Positions 1 to 7,189 of a DNA stretch of 32,000 bases are shown here, one piece after another (position 1 is the stretch's first letter; every line of letters starts with the position of its first letter). The position numbers were made by a program, and so were the translations under genes. The stretch is from Geotalea daltonii FRC-32 (lineage in GTDB: Bacteria; Desulfobacterota; Desulfuromonadia; Geobacterales; Geobacteraceae). The DNA lies in contig NC_011979.1 in NCBI RefSeq assembly GCF_000022265.1, positions 990,001 through 1,022,000 on the forward strand, read 5' to 3'. A model generated the notes under the pieces. The model did no database searches. It worked only from the letters and a program-made list of their open reading frames with translations, and was not told the DNA's origin.

Positions 1-753
1 GTCTTCCTTGTCCTTAGCGTTGCCGAAAAGGATGAGGGCGTTGAGTCGGGTATCGGGAAGGATCAGGCCGGTGGCTGTTGCCGTTGCCGGCTGCCCGGCA
101 GGGCGCGCGCCTTTATCCTTGCCACCGAGCCATTCTTTGATGACTGAGCTGATGCTTTCAGCCGATGCATTCTTCAGGAAGACCAGTTCCGCTCCTTCTC
201 TCTTCTGGTCAGTATCCACCAACTGCAGGATGTTGAGGATTTTTTGTACATTGAGGGATGAGTCCACCAGGAGCAGCATATTGCCTGGGCCGAAGGCGGA
301 GATGTAGCCGTCCTTGGAGATCATCGGCTGGAGAAAGGTCATCGCCTCCTGGCTGGAGATGTGCTCCAGGTTGATGATGCGTGCCACGTAGGCTTCGTTG
401 ACCGGGCCACGATCCTTGTCGCTGAGAATCTTCATTCCCGATTGCTTGGCTGCGCCGGTGGGAACGATTTTCAGCACCTTCCCTGCCGGGACAACGGTAA
501 AGCCTTTCAGTTCCAGCACTGAGGTGAAGACGTTGAACGCCTCTTCCGTGGAGAGCTTGGCCGGGGAAAAGACAGAGATTTTCCCTTTCACCCGGTCGTC
601 CATGACGAAGTTCTTGCCGGTCAGGTCGCTGATGAACTTGACCATGGTGGAGATATCCACGTCGCTGAAATTGAGGACTACCCCCTTGGCCAGCGCCGGA
701 AGCGGCAGTGCCAGCAGGGAGAGCAGTGAAAGGATGGTTATGATTTTACGCAA
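1..753 (-). CDS. gspD: Type II secretion system secretin GspD, N-terminal part (3' end runs off the left window edge)
   Basis: Absent from the ORF track because it is open to the window edge. My minus-strand translation from TTG at 753 (GGAGG 6 nt upstream) reads LRKIITILSLLSLLALPLPALAKGVVLNFSDVDISTMVKFISDLTGKNFVMDDRVKGKISVFSPAKLSTEEAFNVFTSVLELKGF...NALILFGNAKDKED with no stop through position 1. That is a signal peptide plus secretin N0/N1-type domains. It lies directly downstream of gspC. Confidence 0.8.
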   Translation of the reverse strand, partial: MRKIITILSLLSLLALPLPALAKGVVLNFSDVDISTMVKFISDLTGKNFVMDDRVKGKISVFSPAKLSTEEAFNVFTSVLELKGFTVVPAGKVLKIVPTGAAKQSGMKILSDKDRGPVNEAYVARIINLEHISSQEAMTFLQPMISKDGYISAFGPGNMLLLVDSSLNVQKILNILQLVDTDQKREGAELVFLKNASAESISSVIKEWLGGKDKGARPAGQPATATATGLILPDTRLNALILFGNAKDKED

Positions 754-824
754 TGGGCGCCTCCGGAGACATGTTGCAGGGAACGGTGTTTGGGCAATCA
801 TGGGAAAGCAGTACTGTTCGCTGC

Positions 825-1703
825 CTATCTAATGTCATAGTTGAATGTGGTCGGCTGGCCGTCCCTTACCAGGTCCAGTTTTATGCGGCTCTGTCCTTTG
901 AGTGAAGCAAAGGACTGTATGGCCTTTTCCGGCGAGTCGATGGGGAAATCGTTGATGGCGCGCAGGATGTCGCCATTTTTGATGCCGATGGTACCGAAAA
1001 TGCCCTGGGGCTTCACTTCCGAGGCCCTGAATCCTTCGACTTTTCCGTCTTTGATGCTGGGCAGGAGGCGGGCATCGGTCATGGCCTGGCCGATATTATC
1101 CAGGGATGCATTCAGTGCCCGCTGGTCAACGACATAATTTCCGGCTCCAACCTGAGCGGCGAGCCCAGTATTTCCCGCAGGGGCAGTGGACTGGGGTTGT
1201 TTGGCTGCCGATTCTGTGCCGGCTGCAGTGGGCGAAAATATCTTTAACCGTTTGCCATTGACGAGAATTTCAGCCGACTCTTTGCCCACCGAAACCAGCG
1301 GCCCCGTCTCGAAGACCGTATCCCCAAGACGGAAAACACGCTCTTCCTTGCCTGCTTTCTGCACAAGAGCAAAGGTTTCACGATAGGAACCGACCGCAGT
1401 TCCAAGCAGGATGAGATCTCCCAGCGAGGGTGCAGGGGCCGCCCCTGTGGCGGTGGCCTGTTGTACGACAGGGGACAGCTTTCCCTGTGCAGCCTTGCCG
1501 AATAATCCCTTTTCCAGGATGGGAGCGAAAGACATCAGGTCTTCTGCCACCATGGTGGATGGGACGGACGCAGCGCTTTTCGGGGTTGCTTTGGGATAAA
1601 GTCTGGTAAGTCTGAAGGAAATCACGTCAGAGGCTATCAGCGCCAGTGACGCTATGATCAAAAAGGTGAGAAAAAAATTAAGTGGGGCTATCCATTTCAG
1701 CAT
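825..1703 (-). CDS. gspC: Type II secretion system protein GspC (TM anchor + PDZ domain)
   Basis: ORF is 825-1766. I prefer the internal ATG at 1703, which gives MLKWIAPLNFFLTFLIIASLALIASD as an N-terminal membrane anchor. The C-terminus has a PDZ-like segment, GIKNGDILRAINDFPIDSPEKAIQSFASL. Canonical gspC-gspD order. Confidence 0.75.
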   Translation of the reverse strand: MLKWIAPLNFFLTFLIIASLALIASDVISFRLTRLYPKATPKSAASVPSTMVAEDLMSFAPILEKGLFGKAAQGKLSPVVQQATATGAAPAPSLGDLILLGTAVGSYRETFALVQKAGKEERVFRLGDTVFETGPLVSVGKESAEILVNGKRLKIFSPTAAGTESAAKQPQSTAPAGNTGLAAQVGAGNYVVDQRALNASLDNIGQAMTDARLLPSIKDGKVEGFRASEVKPQGIFGTIGIKNGDILRAINDFPIDSPEKAIQSFASLKGQSRIKLDLVRDGQPTTFNYDIR

Positions 1704-1848
1704 GTCAGGCCTTTTTACGCATCGATAAAACCAGTTGAATATAGTAAAACTGGTTGCCTTATGCAAGGGGAAAAGAGGGGGCCAGGCAGAGCGAAACAGG
1801 GCTGCTCAGCCACCAGCGGGTTTCTTAAATTTGAAATTTCTATAATTG

Positions 1849-1878
1849 TTGAACTGGCCTTTGTGGCTGTGGTAATAT
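1849..1878 (+). promoter_or_regulatory. Possible sigma70-type promoter for mqnB-mqnD
   Basis: TTGAAC (1849-1854), 18 nt spacer, TAATAT (1873-1878), about 50 nt upstream of the mqnB ATG. Motif match only. Confidence 0.3.
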
Positions 1879-1930
1879 CTGCCCTGCTGGCCGGCTTTTC
1901 CCATGCAGCGATAATAAGTACGGAGGGACC

Positions 1931-2650
1931 ATGAAGTCGATTTTTGTGACAGCTTCGGTCATGCAGGAACTTTCCCTGCTGATCCGTTCCATTGGCGCTG
2001 TCCAAGCCGAGCCAGACATTTTTCCGGATATCTACCGGGGGCGCATTGGCGATAAGGACATAACCCTGGCTGTTACCGGCATCGGTAAGATAAATGCGGC
2101 CTCTGCCACCACTGTTCTGCTGCAGGGGAGAACTCCGGACCTGCTTGTCAATACCGGTTGCGCTGGTGCCTATCAGGGGAGCGGACTGACCGTGGGCGGG
2201 CTGGCTGTCGCCACTTCCGAGATCCTTGCCGATGATGGGGTTCTGACACCCGAGGGCTGGCAGCCCCTTGATCTGATCGGGATTCCGCTGGTGAAGAGAA
2301 GCGGCAAGGCTTATTTCAACGAGTTTCCCCTGTCCATGCAGGCAGCCGGCAAGGCGGCAAGCCTGGCTGCTGCATTGGGCCTTTCCACAATTCGAGGCAA
2401 ATTCCTCACCGTTTCCACATGCAGCGGGACTTCTGCACGTGGCGATGAACTTTTTTCCCGCTTTGGCGGCATATGTGAGAATATGGAAGGCGCTGCAGTT
2501 GCCCAGGTGGCACTTCGCTACGGTGTTGACTGCCTTGAAATCCGGGGGGTCAGCAACATGGTTGAGAACCGGGATATGTCTTCCTGGAATATTCCCGGAG
2601 CAGTTGAGTCTGTGCAGCGTTTTCTCCTGAAATACATAGAAGAATTTTAA
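1931..2650 (+). CDS. mqnB: Futalosine hydrolase (MTA/SAH-nucleosidase fold), menaquinone biosynthesis via futalosine
   Basis: 239 aa with nucleoside-phosphorylase family motifs (TGIGKINAASAT, ENMEGAAVAQVA). Called MqnB rather than Pfs because it is immediately 5' of mqnD. Confidence 0.7.
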   Translation: MKSIFVTASVMQELSLLIRSIGAVQAEPDIFPDIYRGRIGDKDITLAVTGIGKINAASATTVLLQGRTPDLLVNTGCAGAYQGSGLTVGGLAVATSEILADDGVLTPEGWQPLDLIGIPLVKRSGKAYFNEFPLSMQAAGKAASLAAALGLSTIRGKFLTVSTCSGTSARGDELFSRFGGICENMEGAAVAQVALRYGVDCLEIRGVSNMVENRDMSSWNIPGAVESVQRFLLKYIEEF

Positions 2651-2683
2651 TACAAGCTTAATGTCTTTACCATGAGGTTTCAG

Positions 2684-3517
2684 ATGCAATCTCTTTCCCT
2701 CGGTTATTCCCCCTGCCCCAATGACACTTTCATTTTTCATGCCCTTGTCCACGGCCTGGTATCGAAGCCGGGGCTCATCTTCAATGAGCGGCTGGAGGAT
2801 GTGGAGACCCTGAATCGCCTGGTCCTGGAAAAAACTTTGGACGTAAGCAAGATATCCTATCATCTTCTTGGATATGTCCGGGAGGATTACTGCCTGCTCT
2901 CGGCCGGGGGAGCCTTGGGCCGGGGCTGCGGTCCCCTTGTCGTCTCGAAAAAGTATGAAAGCATGGACCAGTTGAAGGGCAAGCGGATCGCACTGCCGGG
3001 AAGATATACCACGGCAGCTCTGCTGCTCAGGCTTTTTGACCCTGCCCTTACAGATATTATCTATCTGCCCTTTGACCGGATTATGGGTGCAATTGCTGAT
3101 GGCAGTGTCGATGCCGGGGTTATTATCCATGAATCGCGGTTCACCTACGCCGGTCTTGGACTCGTAAAGCTTCTTGATCTGGGAGATTGGTGGGAGAGGG
3201 AGACGGGGCATCCCATTCCGCTGGGGGGAATAGTGGCAAAACGTTCACTGGGCTCTGAAGTCATTGCCGGTATTAACAGCCTTCTCCGCCAGAGTGTTGA
3301 GCTTGCCTTTGCCTACCCCGGTAAAGCCAATGCATATATCCGGGCCAATTCCCAGGAAATGAGCGACGAAGTATGTGCTGCCCATATCGACCTTTATGTC
3401 AACGACTTTTCAAAGGACCTTGGACACGAGGGAAAAGCAGCCGTAAATACGCTTATGGGCCGTGCCGAGGCCAAGGGACTTATCCCTCCTTCAGCCAAAG
3501 ATATCTTTCTCCCGTGA
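2684..3517 (+). CDS. mqnD: 1,4-dihydroxy-6-naphthoate synthase
   Basis: N-terminal LSLGYSPCPNDTFIFHALVHG signature of the MqnD family. GAGG lies 6 nt upstream of the ATG at 2684 (the ORF opens at 2672). Confidence 0.85.
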   Translation: MQSLSLGYSPCPNDTFIFHALVHGLVSKPGLIFNERLEDVETLNRLVLEKTLDVSKISYHLLGYVREDYCLLSAGGALGRGCGPLVVSKKYESMDQLKGKRIALPGRYTTAALLLRLFDPALTDIIYLPFDRIMGAIADGSVDAGVIIHESRFTYAGLGLVKLLDLGDWWERETGHPIPLGGIVAKRSLGSEVIAGINSLLRQSVELAFAYPGKANAYIRANSQEMSDEVCAAHIDLYVNDFSKDLGHEGKAAVNTLMGRAEAKGLIPPSAKDIFLP

Positions 3518-3642
3518 TTGCCATCCCGGTATCCGGGTTCTTAATCATCCTTCCCTTGCCCGCCGCTGTTTTTGCTGTTCAAGAAAACTTCTTCTCTGCC
3601 CGATAAGGTTCAAACCACCTGTTCAATAGCTTTGCGAGGAAC

Positions 3643-6372
3643 GTGATCAGCATGACCCGGTTCTGGAAGTTCTCAAATATCCCCCAATGGGAAAAATATG
3701 TCCTGATGGTAGCTCTGGTGTGGACATTTTCCATAGGTGGCTCTTATTCTTGGAATGTGTACTGGGAAAAACATGCAGAGGTGTTTGCCGCACAGTTTCA
3801 GGCCCGGAGTCTTTTCAGCAAGGACCTCGTTTACCGCCGCTGGAATGCACGATCCGGGGGAATCTACGTCCCTGTGACCCCCTTGACCCAGCCAAACCCT
3901 TATCTAAAGGGAATTCCGGAGCGGGAGGTAACGTCTCCGTCCGGACGGGTACTGACGCTGATGAATCCTGCTTACATGGTGCGCCAGGTCCACGAGATCG
4001 AAAAACAGGGGCAGGGCATTCGCTCCCATCTTACTGCTATCAATCCCCTGCGGCCACAGAATGCTCCGGACAACTGGGAAAAAGCGGCTCTTGAAGCCTT
4101 TAAACAGGGTGCAAAAGAGATCAGCTCGGAAAGTTACATCGAAGGCAAAAAGTTCCTGCGCCTGATGAGGCCGCTAGTTATGGAGGAAGCCTGCCTCAAT
4201 TGCCACACAAGGCAGGGGCTCCATAAGGGAGATACGTACGGCGGCATCAGCATCTCCGTGCCATTTGCCCCGTTTGCAGAAATAACCTCAACCTATCTTC
4301 GGCGGGTCGCTGCCGGCCATTTTCTCCTTTGGGGTACGGGCATGGCCGGAATCCTTTTCGGGGCCTGCCGGTTCAGGCGAAGCGAAAGCCGGCGCATTAA
4401 AGCTGAGGAAGACTTGAAACACTCTCTGGAACTGTCAGGAATTGTTCTGGAGGCAACCCATGATGCCATTTGCATCATCAATGTTTCTGATTATACGGTT
4501 CAACGTGCCAATCGTGCCTTTCTCCGCAAGATCGATTGCACCGATGAACAGGTTTTCGGGCAAACCTGCCATGCGATGACACACAGCCTTTGCCAACCTT
4601 GCGGAACGCCTGAAGCGAAGTGCCCGATTCAGATGACGCTGACGACCGGTGAAAGTCATACGGTGGAACACCTCCATTCGGGCAAACAAGGAGAGCTGCT
4701 GTATGAGGAGGTCACGGCTTACCCAATTCTGGATGAACTTGGCAAAATAACAAGAATTCTCCATGTGGCCAGGGATATTACCGAACGTAAGACGGCGGAA
4801 GAGTCCCTGAGACAGTCACAGGAGAAGTATCGTGCCATCTTCGAAAACACCGGTGCTGCGACCATTATTGTCGAGGAAGATGGGACCATCTCCATGGCCA
4901 ATAAGGAATTTGAACAGTTGAGCGGCTATTACAGGGAAGAGCTTGAAGGCAAACGGTCCTGGAAAGAGTTCGTTGCTGAAGAAAATCGTGAAAAGGAATC
5001 GGCAAAACAGGGCCTGCCGGTTGAGGTAAATGCCTGTCCGGATAGTTACGAATTCAGATTCACCGGGGCAGACGACTCGGTCAGGGACGTTGTGGTAAGG
5101 TGGGGGGGGATACCCGGTACGGGAAAAAGGGTCGCTTCTTTTCTCGATATTACCGAGCAAAAACGCATCGAGGAAGCGCTACGCTCCAGTGAATCACTTC
5201 TTGCTCTGGCACAGAAAATCTCCCATCTGGGGAGTTGGGATTGGGACATCGAATCCAATGCCTTCCGATGGTCAGATGAGATGTACAGGATCTGGGGGGT
5301 TAACCGGGAGTTATTTCCCGTATCATACGAGGCGGTGTTCGCCATGGTGCACCCCGAAGACCGGGAAGGGCTGAACCGGGCCATCAACGAGGCACTCTAT
5401 GCCCACAAGCTGTTCAACATGGATTTTCGTCTTATATTGGCCGATGGAAGGGTGCGAACAGTGGCCGGTCAGGGGGAGGTCGTCTTCAATGAAGGGGGAA
5501 AACCCATAAGAATGGTTGGCACTACCCAGGATATTACCTGGCGGAAGGAGACGGAAGACGCCCTGCGGAAATCGGAGGAAAAATTTGCCAAGGCGTTTCA
5601 TGCCAGTCCTGACTGGATCGTCATCACCCGAGCCGGGGATGGCAAGTATATAGAGGTTAACGAAGCCTTCCTGGAGATTACCGGCTATTCCCGTGATGAA
5701 GTTATCGGAAAGACCTCCACAGAGCTCGGCATCTGGTTCGATTACCGCGACCGGATGCTGATGCTGAAACTTTTGAACACAAATGACCTGGTTCGCAATC
5801 TTGAAGTTTCTTTCCGCATCAAGTCAGGAGAGCTGAGAACCATGCTCTGGTCTGCCGAGGTTATCGAGTATGGCGAAGAGGCTTGCCTGATTGCTGTTGC
5901 CAGGGACGTTACCGAACAGAGGTACCTGGAGAAAGAACTGCGCAAGAGCCAGTCCCAGCTGTTCATGAAGCATGAGGAATTGAAAAATCTGTTTCTCCAG
6001 ATGGAAAACATCCGGCAGGAATGGGAGCAGACCCTTGATTTCATCACCGACATGTTCATTCTCGTTGACAACATGGGCCGGATCAAGAGATTCAATCGGG
6101 CGGTCGAGAACTACACGTCCGTCTCCCATCGCGAGATTGTCGGCAGGGACTGGAAAGAATTCCTGGCTTCCCATGGATTGCAGCAGAATGTGTTGCAGCC
6201 GGGGGTGGAGATATTTGACGAGGCTGCAGGGAAATGGCTGGTACTGACTTTTCGTCGCTACGATGACGGGGCTGTTTCCGGTGATGTGGGTGGGGTTGTG
6301 ACCATTAATGACGTGACCGCGATAAAAACGGCTGCCATTCAACGGGGATCTATCATGGACCAATCCCACTGA
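3643..6372 (+). CDS. Membrane sensor protein: periplasmic DUF3365/Tll0287-like domain with CxxCH haem-c motif plus five cytoplasmic PAS/PAC domains, no recognisable transmitter domain
   Basis: 909-aa ORF; the alternative start is the ATG at 3652. TM1 is YVLMVALVWTFSIGGSY, the CLNCH motif is at 4192-4206, and TM2 is VAAGHFLLWGTGMAGILFGAC. Five PAS-like blocks follow, each ending in DIT/DVT-E(R/Q)K-type linkers (ARDITERK, LDITEQK, TQDITWRK, ARDVTEQR, INDVTAIK). I saw no HisKA/HATPase, GGDEF, EAL, HD-GYP or MCP signature. Confidence 0.85.
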   Translation: MISMTRFWKFSNIPQWEKYVLMVALVWTFSIGGSYSWNVYWEKHAEVFAAQFQARSLFSKDLVYRRWNARSGGIYVPVTPLTQPNPYLKGIPEREVTSPSGRVLTLMNPAYMVRQVHEIEKQGQGIRSHLTAINPLRPQNAPDNWEKAALEAFKQGAKEISSESYIEGKKFLRLMRPLVMEEACLNCHTRQGLHKGDTYGGISISVPFAPFAEITSTYLRRVAAGHFLLWGTGMAGILFGACRFRRSESRRIKAEEDLKHSLELSGIVLEATHDAICIINVSDYTVQRANRAFLRKIDCTDEQVFGQTCHAMTHSLCQPCGTPEAKCPIQMTLTTGESHTVEHLHSGKQGELLYEEVTAYPILDELGKITRILHVARDITERKTAEESLRQSQEKYRAIFENTGAATIIVEEDGTISMANKEFEQLSGYYREELEGKRSWKEFVAEENREKESAKQGLPVEVNACPDSYEFRFTGADDSVRDVVVRWGGIPGTGKRVASFLDITEQKRIEEALRSSESLLALAQKISHLGSWDWDIESNAFRWSDEMYRIWGVNRELFPVSYEAVFAMVHPEDREGLNRAINEALYAHKLFNMDFRLILADGRVRTVAGQGEVVFNEGGKPIRMVGTTQDITWRKETEDALRKSEEKFAKAFHASPDWIVITRAGDGKYIEVNEAFLEITGYSRDEVIGKTSTELGIWFDYRDRMLMLKLLNTNDLVRNLEVSFRIKSGELRTMLWSAEVIEYGEEACLIAVARDVTEQRYLEKELRKSQSQLFMKHEELKNLFLQMENIRQEWEQTLDFITDMFILVDNMGRIKRFNRAVENYTSVSHREIVGRDWKEFLASHGLQQNVLQPGVEIFDEAAGKWLVLTFRRYDDGAVSGDVGGVVTINDVTAIKTAAIQRGSIMDQSH

Positions 6373-6386
6373 CTTTATCCCTCTCT

Positions 6387-6531
6387 AACAGGTTGCTGAA
6401 AAACTGTTGCGTGGCCGGTCTGCTGCGTTATCGCTCGCTCAAAACCTCAATGTACAGTGGGTACGCTTCGGCTTTTCGCTCGCTTAAGCCTTGCATTTCG
6501 GCCTACTCTCGACGTTTTTCAACAACCTGCT
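6387..6531. repeat. Structured palindromic intergenic element A (MITE/REP-like): 18-nt terminal inverted repeats enclosing two direct TCGCTCGCT cores
   Basis: AACAGGTTGCTGAAAAAC (6387-6404) matches the reverse complement of 6514-6531 (AGCAGGTTGTTGAAAAAC) at 16/18 positions. Internal direct repeats tcgctcgctc (6431-6440) and tcgctcgctt (6476-6485) are 45 nt apart. Inner arms gtggccgg / cggcctac are also complementary. No coding potential. Confidence 0.6.
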
Positions 6532-6589
6532 ATAACGTGCGGCATTACTGGCCTCATTAGAAAAATAGATTAGGAATTTCTCTTTTTCC

Positions 6590-6619
6590 TTGACTCCATT
6601 TGCATTGCCGTGCTATATG
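6590..6619 (+). promoter_or_regulatory. Possible sigma70-type promoter for rlpA
   Basis: TTGACT (6590-6595), 18 nt spacer, TATATG (6614-6619), about 30 nt upstream of the rlpA start. Motif match only. Confidence 0.35.
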
Positions 6620-6647
6620 AACCCCTCGCCCAACAAAGGAGGTGCGC

Positions 6648-7121
6648 ATGGCATCACTTGAGCGTAGGGGCAGGTCGGCTTTGATTGCCGCAATCTGTCT
6701 GATGCTCCTTCCGATCCACACGCTTCCCCTGCTGGCTGAAGAACTGCGATCGGAAAGCAGGCCAAAAGAAACACCAGTTACGACAGAAGTAACACCGAAG
6801 GAAGCAAAAGATGCTGAAGCAGTCGGCATTGCTTCCTATTATGCCAAGCGGTACGACGGCAGAAAAACAACCTCCGGTGCTCGCTATAATCCGGAGAAAA
6901 TGACAGCTGCTCATCAGGCGTTGCCGTTCGGGACCAAGGTAAAAGTAACTAATCTGTCCAATGGCAAAGAGGTAGTGGTAACGGTCAATGACCGTTGCCG
7001 TAAAAGGAAGAAGCCTTTTATCGACCTGTCACGGGCGGCGGCAAGAGAGTTGGGATTTCTTGGCAATGGAATAGCCAAGGTGAAGATAGTCCCGCTTGCA
7101 GAAGAGGCATCGTTAAAATAA
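6648..7121 (+). CDS. rlpA: Septal ring lytic transglycosylase RlpA-family protein (DPBB domain)
   Basis: AAGGAGG lies 5 nt upstream of the ATG at 6648. Signal peptide ALIAAICLMLLPIHTLPLLA. The core GIASYYAKRYDGRKTTSGARYNPEKMTAAHQALPFGTKVKVTNLSNGKEVVVTVNDR is the classic RlpA double-psi beta-barrel signature. Confidence 0.85.
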   Translation: MASLERRGRSALIAAICLMLLPIHTLPLLAEELRSESRPKETPVTTEVTPKEAKDAEAVGIASYYAKRYDGRKTTSGARYNPEKMTAAHQALPFGTKVKVTNLSNGKEVVVTVNDRCRKRKKPFIDLSRAAARELGFLGNGIAKVKIVPLAEEASLK

Positions 7122-7131
7122 CTTTTGGGCG

Positions 7132-7172
7132 AAAAAAAAAGGCCGCGGCATATATGCCGCGGCCTTTTTTTT
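7132..7172. terminator. Bidirectional rho-independent terminator shared by convergent rlpA and the TPR gene
   Basis: Perfect 24-nt palindrome ggccgcggcatatatgccgcggcc (7141-7164), flanked by an A9 run (7132-7140) and a T8 run (7165-7172). Confidence 0.85.
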
Positions 7173-7189
7173 ATTGCAAGATATTGCTA

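Noticed and set aside
8-832. Plus-strand ORFs of 99 aa and 144 aa at the left edge.
   Set aside because: They are antisense to the clearly recognisable GspD N-terminal coding sequence, which is missing from the track only because it is open-ended.
1715-3211. A 498-aa stop-free ORF on the minus strand, running antisense across mqnB, mqnD and the gspC/mqnB intergenic region.
   Set aside because: The sense-strand products carry clear MqnB and MqnD family signatures with proper RBS and start sites. The antisense translation is low-complexity (Gly/Pro/Ala/Ser/Gln-rich), has no recognisable motif and no RBS, and would have to run through a divergent promoter region. I treat it as a shadow ORF. Its length is unusual, and Ribo-seq or a conservation test would settle it.
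6373-6647. A tRNA, small RNA gene or kinase-domain remnant after the sensor gene.
   Set aside because: No cloverleaf-compatible arms or T-loop (GTTCGAATC-like) sequence are present. No frame encodes HisKA/HATPase-like motifs. The region is explained by the palindromic repeat plus the rlpA promoter and RBS.
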